Positions 31,719 to 42,189 of a stretch of 64,000 nucleotides of DNA are shown one piece after another. A program made the translations under genes and the position numbers. The notes beneath the pieces are model-generated. The model worked only from the letters and a program-made list of their open reading frames with translations, searched no databases and had not been told where the DNA came from. The stretch's first letter is position 1. Each line of letters starts with the position of its first letter. The stretch covers positions 320,001 through 384,000 of the forward strand of contig CAVZQN010000003.1 in assembly GCA_963777505.1 (NCBI GenBank). The letters are read 5' to 3'. The stretch comes from an uncultured bacterium (GTDB taxonomy: Bacteria; Acidobacteriota; HRBIN11; JAKEFK01).

Positions 31719-33149
31719 ATGGAAACCGCACGTATTCTGATTATTGAAGATGATCCTGATTTTGGCAGGACTGCAAAATCACTTCTTGAGCAAGAAGGGA
31801 TGGAAGTTGAAACTGCCAAAACCAGTGCAGAAGCATTTGAGCGTTTATTGTATTCACCCTTTGATGTTGTTTTGCTTGATCTGGTTCTTGGTGAAGAATC
31901 CGGATTGAGTATTCTGCGCGAATTAAATACATCAGGCAGCACAATTCCAATCATAATCATGACTGCTCATGCTTCGATCGAAACAGTTACAGAAGCAATG
32001 CGGATCAACGCATTCGATTACATACGGAAGCCATTTGCACGTGAGGAAATTCGAGAGGTTTTGCGAAGAGCCATTTCGGCGGGTGCAAGGTCTGATGAGG
32101 AAATAAAGCGAGAGAAGACGGGGAAGACGCTGCCAATAATCGGCCAGAGTTTCGGCATGGTCGAAGTGTACAAAGCAATTGCGCGTGTTGCTCAAACGGA
32201 TTCGACAGTTTTAATTACAGGTGAAAGCGGCACAGGAAAAGAACTTGTTGCGCGCGCGATCCATGAAAATTCGCTGCGTGCTTCAAAACCATTTGTCGCT
32301 GTCAATTGTGGCGCTTTAACCGATACGCTGCTAGAAAGTGAATTATTTGGTCACATGAAAGGAGCATTTACCGATGCTAAGACTTCGCACCGTGGAATTT
32401 TCGAAAGTGCAACCGGCGGTACAGTTTTTCTTGATGAAATCAGTGAGACTTCTGCAGTTTTTCAAGTCAAACTCCTGCGTGTATTACAACAGCGGACAAT
32501 CCGTCCAGTTGGAAGCAGTGAAGAACGTCCAATCGATGTACGAGTTATTGCAGCTACAAACCGTCCAGTCGATCATTTATTGGCTTCATCGTTCCGGAAA
32601 GATTTGTTGTACCGGTTGAGTGTAATCAATATTCATATACCAGCACTTCGTGCGCGAATTGATGATATCCCTTTGCTGGCTACAAATTTCTTGCGGAGGT
32701 TTAATAAGAGGCAAGGGAAGTCTGTCGTGATGGCTCCAGCAACAATCGAATGGATGAAAACACTTCCATGGTCCGGCAATGTCCGCGAGTTAGAAAATGC
32801 GATTGAGCGTGCAGTTACGATGAAAGGAACGGGAGAAATTTTGCCGGAAGATCTTTTACAATTCGGTTTGATTTCACATACTCCTGATGGTGTTATTTTG
32901 CCGGAGCCTCAGCACGCAAGACCTGTTGAGCCGGTTTTAGAACCAGGCCCCCCTTCGTCACTCAAAGATGTGATCCGCAAACATATTTTGGATGTTTTAA
33001 CGTATACCGGGGGCAACAAACTTCAGGCTGCAAAAATCCTGGGTGTGGGACGCTATACGCTTTATCGTATGGCGGAACGGTTTGGAATTGATCCTGCAGA
33101 GCTTGGGCTATCGCGCGTTAAAAAACGGAAGACCGGCAGCGATAAATAG
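31719..33149 (+). CDS. NtrC-family sigma-54-dependent response regulator
   Basis: Receiver domain (EDD, LLD, TA, KP); GESGTGKE, GAFTDA, FLDEI, GNVREL; C-terminal HTH. Confidence 0.93.
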   Translation: METARILIIEDDPDFGRTAKSLLEQEGMEVETAKTSAEAFERLLYSPFDVVLLDLVLGEESGLSILRELNTSGSTIPIIIMTAHASIETVTEAMRINAFDYIRKPFAREEIREVLRRAISAGARSDEEIKREKTGKTLPIIGQSFGMVEVYKAIARVAQTDSTVLITGESGTGKELVARAIHENSLRASKPFVAVNCGALTDTLLESELFGHMKGAFTDAKTSHRGIFESATGGTVFLDEISETSAVFQVKLLRVLQQRTIRPVGSSEERPIDVRVIAATNRPVDHLLASSFRKDLLYRLSVINIHIPALRARIDDIPLLATNFLRRFNKRQGKSVVMAPATIEWMKTLPWSGNVRELENAIERAVTMKGTGEILPEDLLQFGLISHTPDGVILPEPQHARPVEPVLEPGPPSSLKDVIRKHILDVLTYTGGNKLQAAKILGVGRYTLYRMAERFGIDPAELGLSRVKKRKTGSDK

Positions 33150-33215
33150 CCGGGAGTTTGACATCTCGGGAGTGCTCCAATAAGCTTTTCCAATTACGGT
33201 ATCGAGGGGCGTGGG

Positions 33216-34583
33216 ATGAAATCGTTGACTCCGGGGACACATCTCGGCCGTTTTAAGCTCAGCAACCTTTTAGGCCGGGGCGGGATGGGAGAAGTTTGGA
33301 AGGCGCAAGACGTGCGTCTCGGGCGTGAAGTTGCAATTAAGATTCTTCCCCCTGAGCTGGCAACCAATCCGGAATTACAAATCAGATTCGATCGCGAAAG
33401 TAAAATTCTTGCCGCTCTCAATCACCCTGGAATCGCTCAAATTTATGAAGCAAACGAAGAATATCCAGAAGCCCCGGATCATTCAAAGTCGACGACCAAA
33501 ATCTCATTCCTTGTTATGGAATTTGTTGAAGGAAGAAGTTTATCTGAAATTTTGGCCAATGGTTCGTTGCCTGTCTTAACGTCAGTCCGGTTGGGACGGC
33601 AAATTTCAAAGGCTCTCCACGCAGCACATGAAGCGGGAATTATTCACCGCGATCTCAAACCTGCAAATATCATGGTTACGACACGCAATCAAGTGAAAGT
33701 GCTCGATTTCGGATTGGCGCGGCCCCTGATGCAGCAGACTCACAGCACGAAGCAAGCTCTTCCGGAAGTAACTACGTCCGGAATGGTTTTGGGTACTGCG
33801 GCTTATCTAGCGCCTGAACAAATCAAAGGAATGTCAGCAAACATACGCAGCGACATCTGGTCACTCGGCTGCGTTTTATATCAAATGACATCAGGAAAAA
33901 GGCCTTTTCCTGCAGATTCAATTCCGGAAGTTCTTGCCTCTGTATTGCGCGATGAACCTTCAGACGTTTCCACCTTAAATTCATCTGTAACTCCACCTTT
34001 AAAAACCCTCATAGAGAAATGTCTGGATAAGGACCCTGAGAGAAGACCAAAGGATGCCAAAGAAGTGAGTATCGCCTTAAAAGAAATTCTTCAGGAAATG
34101 CGTAATGGTCAGCCTTCATCGCCTTCAATGGAACCAGTGCCACTCTCTGAACTTTCAATAAGCCCATCGATTCAATTGATAAACCGCTACTTGCATATGA
34201 TTGATTCCACTTTCCCCCAAATTACTGGCAAAGATGGCAAAGTTGGTTCGATTGAGCTGCAACATCACGGTACGAAGATGGGGCTTCTTGTAGTGCCAAA
34301 ACCATCAGGGGATAAAGTTATGATCGTGGCTCCGCTTTGCGGTTTGCCTGAAGGAAACTTGCTGCGCGCCTTTGCAAAACTTCTTTCATTGAATAACGGA
34401 CACACCGATGTAGCTCGATTTTCAATTGATCAAGAAACCCGAACAATAAATCTGATTTGCATTCGAAATTGTTCTTCGCTAGACACACGTCAATTGAGAG
34501 CGGTGCTCGATACGATGAGCACGTCAGCGCAGCGCCTGGGAATTCCTTTCATGAATGAATTCGGTCTGAAAGAGGAGAATTAG
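33216..34583 (+). CDS. Hanks-type Ser/Thr kinase with a C-terminal CesT/YbjN-like chaperone-fold domain
   Basis: GRGGMGEV, AIK, HRDLKPAN, DFG and YLAPE motifs; C-terminal KLLSLN...ARFSID...INL; no TM segment. Confidence 0.88.
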   Translation: MKSLTPGTHLGRFKLSNLLGRGGMGEVWKAQDVRLGREVAIKILPPELATNPELQIRFDRESKILAALNHPGIAQIYEANEEYPEAPDHSKSTTKISFLVMEFVEGRSLSEILANGSLPVLTSVRLGRQISKALHAAHEAGIIHRDLKPANIMVTTRNQVKVLDFGLARPLMQQTHSTKQALPEVTTSGMVLGTAAYLAPEQIKGMSANIRSDIWSLGCVLYQMTSGKRPFPADSIPEVLASVLRDEPSDVSTLNSSVTPPLKTLIEKCLDKDPERRPKDAKEVSIALKEILQEMRNGQPSSPSMEPVPLSELSISPSIQLINRYLHMIDSTFPQITGKDGKVGSIELQHHGTKMGLLVVPKPSGDKVMIVAPLCGLPEGNLLRAFAKLLSLNNGHTDVARFSIDQETRTINLICIRNCSSLDTRQLRAVLDTMSTSAQRLGIPFMNEFGLKEEN

Positions 34584-34585
34584 AA

Positions 34586-35050
34586 ATGCCCAGGTATGAA
34601 TCCAACCAGGCAATCATTGGACATCTTCGGCGTACGAAGGCAACGTTTGATGGATTCACTCCTCAGTCTGTTTCGATGGGTGGACAATCCGTCTCCATGC
34701 TTCACGGAAAAGTTGAGTATCGTAATTCAAAAGTTCATCTTGCACTGCTTACAAGACCTGGCGAAACACATGACACTCTCATTTTTTCACTTCCTACTTT
34801 TCGTGTGAATGTTTCAACGGCTGCTGAGATATTTGAGCAACTGCTTTCCTGGAATAACGGATCAACAGGCTCGGCACATTTTGCACTGGATGAGTTACTG
34901 AACTCGATTAACCTAGTTTGTGTACGAGCTGTTGAAGGTTTGGATCTTCATGAATTTCAGAATTGCATGGATCAAATGCTGAACGTCCGCTTGAATGCAT
35001 TGAGTCAGCTGCGAAAGAACTTTGCGGCTTCTTCATTGGAGGAGTTATGA
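34586..35050 (+). CDS. YbjN/CesT-like chaperone-fold protein
   Basis: FEQLLSWN...AHFALD...INLVCVRAVEGLDLHEF pattern, similar to the kinase tail. Confidence 0.65.
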   Translation: MPRYESNQAIIGHLRRTKATFDGFTPQSVSMGGQSVSMLHGKVEYRNSKVHLALLTRPGETHDTLIFSLPTFRVNVSTAAEIFEQLLSWNNGSTGSAHFALDELLNSINLVCVRAVEGLDLHEFQNCMDQMLNVRLNALSQLRKNFAASSLEEL

Positions 35051-36440
35051 AGAAAGCCCTTCTGTTCGCTATCATTCTTTCCATTTGTTCAATCGCATTC
35101 GCTGAGATGACTGTCTTTTTCAAAGACGGCACATCAGTTACTGTAACGAAAATCGTATTCAAGGGAAATGTAGCTGAACTTTTTCTCATGAATGGAAAGA
35201 CCCGCAATGTTGCAGCAGACAAAATTGATTTGAAAGCGAGCGGTATTCCTAAAGCTGAAGGAAGTTATGGACAGGCAGGCCTTTCTTCCAATGCACGCGA
35301 AACGCGTACTGCAACCCCGCCACTTATTGGAGATTCAAAACAACGGCAACTCGCGTTAAAAGAAGAATGGGACAAAGCTGAACAATCGGCTGTGGCCTTA
35401 AAAACAATTGGTTCAATACGACAAGGAGACATTGTCAGGATCGTTAACCGGGCCGCTTCAGGCTCGACTCCTGCTCCTCCTCCTTCTGATTATGAATCTC
35501 TTGAGGATTTTGATGTAGAGTCGCTTCAAGAAGGTACCTTCATGCAAACGAAGGATGAACCCTTCCTGGTAATCTTCAAAACTGCGGAAGGAATTTATGG
35601 CAAGAAACTCTTTGACACGGCAACCTTCCATTCCAACTTTAGTATCAATGAAAAGGCCACTGAACCTCCGCCTGCGATCGTTAAAGTTCCTGAACCGACA
35701 ATAAAGATTCCGAATCCAGAAGAAACTCCTGTTAAGACTGAACCTTTGCCCTCACCGGAGCCATCGATACAAGAAGAAGAGGCAGCAACAACGGTGCCTG
35801 AAGAAACAGAAACACTCAAACAAAAGTGACGACGCGCAGTTTCTCGATTGCTCCGCTTTTAATTGGTATTGCAGGGATCGTTCTTGCAGGCGGTGCATTG
35901 TTCGTATATTCGAGAAATCGGAAAAAGCCTTTTGTGAACACTTCACAATTTAAACAATATGAAAACGAACTGCGTGATTTTGAGTTGGAGGTCTGGCTGA
36001 AGCACGGACGTACATTGGATCAACTTATCGAAATTTGTCTGAAGAAGTTTTATCAAGACCAACCTGCCGCGCTGGGGGTTGCTATTAAAATTCAAAAAGG
36101 TGCTGATCGTTCAAGTGTCATCCAGTCAATTGCCAGACAAAGTGGTCTGACCATTGGTTCTGCTGAAGATATTTACTCCGAAATGTTTCACAGAATTAAT
36201 TGGATTCGTGAAATGATACGCCAGGTTTCTGAAAAAGTCGGGAAACAACCTCTGACGCATCCTGAAAGTGTATCTGCACCTGCGCAACCGGTTTCACATC
36301 CAAAACCTGAGACATCTACTCCGAAAGTGTCAGATCCTAAACCAGAAACCTCCGCAAAGCCATCTCAGGCCGTCGCCACAACCGGCTTACCTGTCTATCT
36401 CCGCAATGCCCTCAAACAGCTCGGCGAGCTATCGGATTGA
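35047..36440 (+). CDS. Hypothetical bitopic membrane protein; probably one gene broken at the A-run near 35822-35825
   Basis: Signal peptide MKKALLFAIIL after GGAG, then a Pro/Glu-rich linker. The next ORF starts directly with a TM helix followed by RNRKK. One extra A would join them. Confidence 0.6.
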
Positions 36441-36467
36441 TTCTTTGCGTTTTGTAGTTAAAGGTTC

Positions 36468-38990
36468 TCACAAGATTTTCAGCTGATGATCTTTTTGTTT
36501 CAACGCAAAACCGCTCGCAACTAGAAATACGACTGTAAATAGAACGAGAACGACCTGATCCCTTATTTTGGAATCTGGATGGTCGATCCATACGAAGAGC
36601 CGCGCATTATTCCTCAATCGTCTTTCAGATCGTTGCAATTCATCGCGAGCGTCTTCCATGTTCTGCTGTTCGTGTTTCAAGTCTCTTGAAATTCTGTCGG
36701 CATCGTATCTCAGCGTATTCAGTTCCACAAAGTCGGCGACATCACCCATCTTCTCAAGAATTTCATCTAATTCATTTTGCAATGAGCTGATCCGCTCTTG
36801 TGCTTCTTCCATTTCGTTTTGGCTCAGATCGATTGATTGCTCAAGGCTGTCTTTTAGTTGCAAGGAAGGAAGTTCAAATTGCTTCTTCATGAGGTTATAA
36901 GACCATTTGCTGATCATGACTTCGCCAAATATTTTTTGAGTTCCTTTCAGTTCGCCGAATATTCCGGAAAACAAGACCTGAGGAATCAGGAGAATCGGAA
37001 CAAGAGCAATCGCTTTGTCAGGCGAATTTACAATTGAGCTAACCAGGAGACCCAGCGAGACGCCAGCTACTCCACAAAGAAGCAGAGGCCAGTATGCATG
37101 AAGGAATTTATCCGGTGTTAGTAATGCAAGAACAACACATTGCAATGCGAGCAAAATCGAGAGCACAACAAATTTTGAACTCAGATATGGAACAATCCCC
37201 AGGTTCACCATTCGTTCTCGCCGATACAGCGGAAGTTCTTTGCAGATTTCACGAGCCGAGTTATTGCAACCAAACCAAAGAGCGGCAAGCGCCATCATGA
37301 ACAACCGGCTGCTGAGATTTGTTGTGGCTATATAAATAAAAAACGTAATTAATGGTGCTTGAGCAAGCAACAAGCCTGTATTCTTGCGATCTCTCAGTAT
37401 GATTTCCAGATATCGTTTTGCCAGAGTTATGCCCTGATGAACAGGATGTGATGGAGCTTCAGGCAGCCGTTCTGTCGATTGGGATGTTGAGCGCTTTGAT
37501 GGAAGTATCTGATCGCGCGCAAGATTGATGTCATTGCGATGAGTTTCGGTCTTTTGAAATTCATCCTGCCATTCTTCTGCAGGACGGTTTTTGATTCGCG
37601 AATAAAGCGCGCTCAGTGTATTAACTTGAAAAAAGTTCATTGCGTCTTGAGGGCTGCCAAAAAAGATGACACGTCCGGAATGCATCAGAACAATTCGTGA
37701 AAACATCATTGCATGTTCAAGAAGGTGAGTTGTTAGAATCGTAATTCTTCCATCCTGAGAAAGCTTTTTGAAAAGCACCATTAGCTTTTCATCCAATGCC
37801 GGATCCAACCCGGAAGTCGGTTCATCAAGGAAAAGAATTCCAGGTTTTGTAAGAAGCTCAATTGCAATATTGACCCGCTTGCGTTGTCCGCCGCTCAATC
37901 GATGAACGGGTAAACGTTCCTGATCTTCAAGTTCGAGTTCGATCAAGGTTTCCTTCACCCGGATCTTGCGTTCTTTTTCCGACATATCAAGAGGCAGCCG
38001 CAACTTCGCCGCATAACGAAGCGTTTGCTCAACTGTTAGTTCGCGATGAATAATGTCGTCTTGAGGTACAAATCCAATATTTCTTTTGAAGAGATCGAAG
38101 TGTGTGAATACATCCAATCCGTTTAGTTGAACTCTACCTGCTGATGGCAAAATCTGTCCGCTTAAACATTTCATCAACGTCGTTTTTCCTGATCCACTTG
38201 GACCGATCAGGCCGATCAGTTCATTGGAATTACAGACAAGCGTTCCACGATCGATGATTCTTTTTTCGCCGGCAGATACGCTGATTTGCCATCCGATCAA
38301 CTGGCTTTGCTGCTGCAGTGTATAAATGTTGAGGAATTCGCCGGTGAATAGCAGCATGTAAGGCATGATCAAAACAGATTCCCCAGGTGAAAGTGGAGTC
38401 CGATGAATGAGCCTATCGTTTACATATGTACCGTTGGAACTTCGTAGATCTTCCAGGTAGAGGATGCCGTTATTTCGTTCCAACCTTGCATGCATAGAAG
38501 AAACCTGCGGATGATTGAGCACAACGTCACAGCCTTCATTTCTTCCGATAAGGAGTGGAAAACGGGTCAGAAGTTTTTGGCTGACAAATCCTGAAACCTG
38601 CATTTCACCAAGACTTGGTGCCTGGGCAGCATTAGATTTTTGGGCTTTTTCTGCTGTGAGATGACGTCCGAATGAACCAAGTTCAGTTCGTTCAGAAGAC
38701 GGAATTCGTCGACACAAGAATTCAATCCCATCGATTGAAAAAGTTTCACCATTTTGCAGGAGAGCTTGATGGCATAGATTTTCGCGATATTTGAACAGAA
38801 TGTCGGGTTGAGCTGAACGCACCGAGAGACCTTCACCGGAAGGTTCTATATTCAAATGGTGTGAACGCACATGGGGTGAACTAATTCGAATGTGGCTCTG
38901 AGGGCCACTTCCAAGGACGTTAATGCCTGTTGTTAAAGGAATAACCCGTTCTTCAGACTTGCCGGGAGCCTGGACCAGAACAAGATCCAT
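36468..38990 (-). CDS. FHA-FHA-ABC ATPase-permease fusion (Rv1747-like ABC transporter)
   Basis: IGR..VSSMHA..DLRSSNGTYVN FHA domain plus a degenerate first FHA; GPSGSGKT, LSGGQRKR, LDEPTSGLD; TM domain with REICKE. Confidence 0.9.
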   Translation of the reverse strand: MDLVLVQAPGKSEERVIPLTTGINVLGSGPQSHIRISSPHVRSHHLNIEPSGEGLSVRSAQPDILFKYRENLCHQALLQNGETFSIDGIEFLCRRIPSSERTELGSFGRHLTAEKAQKSNAAQAPSLGEMQVSGFVSQKLLTRFPLLIGRNEGCDVVLNHPQVSSMHARLERNNGILYLEDLRSSNGTYVNDRLIHRTPLSPGESVLIMPYMLLFTGEFLNIYTLQQQSQLIGWQISVSAGEKRIIDRGTLVCNSNELIGLIGPSGSGKTTLMKCLSGQILPSAGRVQLNGLDVFTHFDLFKRNIGFVPQDDIIHRELTVEQTLRYAAKLRLPLDMSEKERKIRVKETLIELELEDQERLPVHRLSGGQRKRVNIAIELLTKPGILFLDEPTSGLDPALDEKLMVLFKKLSQDGRITILTTHLLEHAMMFSRIVLMHSGRVIFFGSPQDAMNFFQVNTLSALYSRIKNRPAEEWQDEFQKTETHRNDINLARDQILPSKRSTSQSTERLPEAPSHPVHQGITLAKRYLEIILRDRKNTGLLLAQAPLITFFIYIATTNLSSRLFMMALAALWFGCNNSAREICKELPLYRRERMVNLGIVPYLSSKFVVLSILLALQCVVLALLTPDKFLHAYWPLLLCGVAGVSLGLLVSSIVNSPDKAIALVPILLIPQVLFSGIFGELKGTQKIFGEVMISKWSYNLMKKQFELPSLQLKDSLEQSIDLSQNEMEEAQERISSLQNELDEILEKMGDVADFVELNTLRYDADRISRDLKHEQQNMEDARDELQRSERRLRNNARLFVWIDHPDSKIRDQVVLVLFTVVFLVASGFALKQKDHQLKIL

Positions 38991-39007
38991 GGATGTATTA
39001 TAGCTCG

Positions 39008-39036
39008 ATACACGATTCAGGATACAGGATTCAGGT
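39008..39036. repeat. Short tandem heptamer repeat (GATWCAG-like, 4 copies)
   Basis: gatacac gattcag gatacag gattcag g. Confidence 0.55.
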
Positions 39037-39110
39037 CGGTTTCACGAGCGATAAAACTGGCTATGGCAATCCGTGTCAATGTTTTCTCTGTGTCTTTGTG
39101 GTTAAATAAT

Positions 39111-39140
39111 TGTAAACGTTCAGGACCACTCCCACGTCCC
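39111..39140 (+). promoter_or_regulatory. Candidate autoregulatory ECF sigma promoter
   Basis: TGTAAAC-N17-CGTCCC immediately upstream of the ECF gene (AAC/CGT pattern). Confidence 0.6.
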
Positions 39141-39154
39141 ATTATCGAGCAAGT

Positions 39155-39751
39155 ATGGTCGGCGATGAGAAAGAACTGTTATATCGAGCGCAACAAGGGG
39201 ATGAAACTGCATTCCAACAGATTGTCGAGAAGTATAAGCGGCAAATGTACTACCTCGCCCTCGATCTTACAGGAAATCATTATGATGCCGAGGATTTGTC
39301 TCAGGAGGCTTTCGTGAAGGCGTATACATCGATTCAAGGTTTTCGTGGGGATGCGAAAATTAGTTCCTGGCTTCATCGGATTGTGGTCAATGCCCATCTT
39401 GATGAACGCCGGAAAAAATCACTTACACTCCTGCGAACGAGCGATGAATTAAATGAAAGCCTGACTTTGCATTCAGCTGGCGGAAGCGGATTTGAAACCA
39501 ATCCGGAAAAGAAGATGGAACAATCCAAAATGCAGGAGCACATCGAAGAAGCCCTCAAAACGTTAACACCAAGAGAGCGTTCCATTTTTGTTTTACGTCA
39601 TTATCAGGAACATGCTCTAAAGGAAATTGCGGAGATGCTGGAACTCAGTGAAGGAACTGTAAAGAGTTTCTTATTTCGTGCGATTAAGAAGCTTCAAAAG
39701 GCCCTTTCCAAATATGAATTCCGATTTGAAGCGAGGAGTTCCAATGAATAA
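39155..39751 (+). CDS. ECF RNA polymerase sigma factor
   Basis: DAEDLSQEAFVKAY, SSWLHRIVVN and LKEIAEML..SEGTVKS..FRA motifs. Confidence 0.95.
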   Translation: MVGDEKELLYRAQQGDETAFQQIVEKYKRQMYYLALDLTGNHYDAEDLSQEAFVKAYTSIQGFRGDAKISSWLHRIVVNAHLDERRKKSLTLLRTSDELNESLTLHSAGGSGFETNPEKKMEQSKMQEHIEEALKTLTPRERSIFVLRHYQEHALKEIAEMLELSEGTVKSFLFRAIKKLQKALSKYEFRFEARSSNE

Positions 39752-40562
39752 CTGCGAGAAATTTGAAGATCAATTCGTTGATGCTTTGTATGACGAACTA
39801 AAATCTCAGCCAAAGGAAGATTTCGATTCACATTTAAAGGAATGTGCACAATGCAGAGCTCTTTATCAGACAATGCAAAAGACGCTTAACGTGATGGATG
39901 AAAGGATTCATCCGGAACTTTCACCAGAATATTGGCAGCAATATGATGCGTCATTGCAGAATCGTCTCTCTGAGGTGAAGTCGAAAGATAAAGACAAAGG
40001 GAAAGTCATATCATTCAATAAAATTCCTGGTTGGGCTCTTAAAGCGGCAGCAGCATTCATTCTTGTAGGGCTTGGAATATTGATCGGACGTTATTATATG
40101 GCGCCTGAACCAGCGAAGATCGTAGTTAAAGATGCACAGCCGGCACTTCCAGTACACAGGGCTTCATTGGATCCTGAAACAAGACGGTTTTTGGAACGAT
40201 CTGAAATCTTACTTGTAGGGATTGTGAATTTAGAACCAGAGGAAGATAGCACTTATTCAACAGATTTAACAGCTCAAAAGAAAATGTCACGGGAATTGAT
40301 TCAGCAAGCCCCGGTAATTCGAGCAAATCTAAAAGGCCCGGAACGCCGGCGTCTTACACAATTGGTTTCCGATCTTGAATTGATCATGCTTCAAATTGCA
40401 AATCTTGAAGCTGAAAGTGATGTGCCTGAAATTGAGCTTGTGAAAAGCGGCGTAGACCGCAAAGGGGTCTTGTTCAAAATTAATGTGGAACAAATGCGTA
40501 TGTCGGGTGCCGCCGAAAGTAAACCGGATCAAAACAAAACATCCGGTGAGAAGAAACTATAG
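39744..40562 (+). CDS. Zinc-binding transmembrane anti-sigma factor
   Basis: HLKECAQC (HxxxCxxC) motif and a single TM; overlaps the ECF stop codon. Confidence 0.85.
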   Translation: MNNCEKFEDQFVDALYDELKSQPKEDFDSHLKECAQCRALYQTMQKTLNVMDERIHPELSPEYWQQYDASLQNRLSEVKSKDKDKGKVISFNKIPGWALKAAAAFILVGLGILIGRYYMAPEPAKIVVKDAQPALPVHRASLDPETRRFLERSEILLVGIVNLEPEEDSTYSTDLTAQKKMSRELIQQAPVIRANLKGPERRRLTQLVSDLELIMLQIANLEAESDVPEIELVKSGVDRKGVLFKINVEQMRMSGAAESKPDQNKTSGEKKL

Positions 40563-40578
40563 TGGAGGAAATGAGACT

Positions 40579-42171
40579 ATGAAAGGTGGAGGAAAGAAAA
40601 TAATGGCCATTGCGTTAGCATTTTTCGCGATGGTTTTGGCGGCTCAACTAAATGCAACAACGATAGCGTATTATGCCGATGGTACTCCCGGCGGTAAGGA
40701 CGAAGCATCAAAAGCTTATAGAGTTGCCTACGATTTGTTTTTAAATGAAGAATGGGACAAGGCAATTCCAGCTTTGCAGGGAGTAGAAAAACAGTTTCCA
40801 AAAAGTTCAGTTGCAGATGACGCTGCATTTCATGCCTGTTATGCATTGGACATGTCTGGCAAATCACGAGAAAAAACATTCGCATGCTATGACCAGTTTG
40901 TAAAAAAGTATACGAGCAGTAATTTTCTCGGTGATGCAACTCAAAATATGATCCGGCTTGGTAATGATTTGGCGGGAACTGATCCAAAGTACAAAGCAAT
41001 GATTGAAGGATTCAATAACAGCAAAAACATAGAATTGAAATTGCTTGCGTTACAGGCATTGTTGGATTCTGAGGGAGATGAGCAAGCTCTTCCCATGATC
41101 ATCAATTTGTACGACAAACTTGAGAAACCGGCAGATCGTGAAAAAGTTTTATGGATCATGAATGATATTGAAGATCCAAAGGTTATCGTTAAGATGTCAA
41201 CAATCATTCAAACAGATCCATCTGTAGAGATCCGCAAGAAAGCAGTCTATGCACTTGGGGATCGTGGGCCAGAGGCTACACCAGAATTGAAGAAGGTTCT
41301 GGCTTCTAAGAATGATCTTGAAGTTCGTAAGGCTGCATTACATGCGCTTTCGAACACAGAGGATCCAGGCGTGGTCAAAATTTTAGGAGATGTTGCATCA
41401 ACAGAATCGAATGAAGAACTCGCCAAGGCTGCAACGTATGCTCTTGCTGACGTGGAAAATCCTGACGCAATAGTTGCCTTGCAATCGATCTTAAAATCTC
41501 AAATCAGTGTTGAAGTTCGAAAAGCAGCGCTTCATGCGCTGGCTGATCATGGTGGTGGAACGTCTGTCGCCACGTTGAAGCAAGTCGCATTAAATGATTC
41601 GACTGGAGAGTTACGCAAGACCGCCACATATGCGATTGCCGATGATGATACAAAGGAATCATTCGAAGCATTAAAAGAAATTTTGGCGACAAGCAAAGAT
41701 CCTGAAGTGCAGAAGGCCTCCTTATACGCAATTGCCGACAATGTAGGGCCAGGAGCGGCAGACATATTAATGCAAACTGCAATTAACAATCCGCAAGAGG
41801 AACTTGCAAAAGCGGCAGTTCATGCACTTGCAGAAGCAACGGAAGGCGATACGGCTCTACTGCTTCAGGTATTTCAGAAAGGGAAATTTCCTGACGTAAA
41901 AAAAGTTGCTCTCTATGCAATTGGCGAGCGCAAAGGAAAAAGTGCCATTGATTCACTTTCTAAGATTTTGAAAGAAGAAAAAGAAGAAGAATTTCGTGTT
42001 GTCGCTTTGTATGCTCTAGGAGAAGTTGGCGATGCTGCAGTGCCAATCTTGTTGCATACAGCAACCAATGATCCAAGTACTAGAATCCGTACGACTGCTG
42101 TTCAGATGCTTGGAAACATTGGAACACCTGCAGCGAAAGATGCATTGATGAAAATTCTGGAAAAAGAATAA
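40579..42171 (+). CDS. Exported HEAT-repeat protein with an N-terminal TPR-like segment
   Basis: Signal peptide; FPKSSVADDA; about ten EVRKAALxAL repeats. Confidence 0.85.
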   Translation: MKGGGKKIMAIALAFFAMVLAAQLNATTIAYYADGTPGGKDEASKAYRVAYDLFLNEEWDKAIPALQGVEKQFPKSSVADDAAFHACYALDMSGKSREKTFACYDQFVKKYTSSNFLGDATQNMIRLGNDLAGTDPKYKAMIEGFNNSKNIELKLLALQALLDSEGDEQALPMIINLYDKLEKPADREKVLWIMNDIEDPKVIVKMSTIIQTDPSVEIRKKAVYALGDRGPEATPELKKVLASKNDLEVRKAALHALSNTEDPGVVKILGDVASTESNEELAKAATYALADVENPDAIVALQSILKSQISVEVRKAALHALADHGGGTSVATLKQVALNDSTGELRKTATYAIADDDTKESFEALKEILATSKDPEVQKASLYAIADNVGPGAADILMQTAINNPQEELAKAAVHALAEATEGDTALLLQVFQKGKFPDVKKVALYAIGERKGKSAIDSLSKILKEEKEEEFRVVALYALGEVGDAAVPILLHTATNDPSTRIRTTAVQMLGNIGTPAAKDALMKILEKE

Positions 42172-42189
42172 CCAGATACGCAGCAGAAA

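Noticed and set aside
32361-32378. GAFTDA instead of GAFTGA in the NtrC-like regulator
   Set aside because: A common natural variant among bEBPs; not evidence of novelty.
36300-36355. Direct repeat encoding PKPETS twice
   Set aside because: Low-complexity linker duplication within a CDS.
40579-42171. Periodic sequence resembling an array
   Set aside because: Explained by protein-level HEAT repeats; no identical DNA repeat-spacer structure, so not CRISPR.
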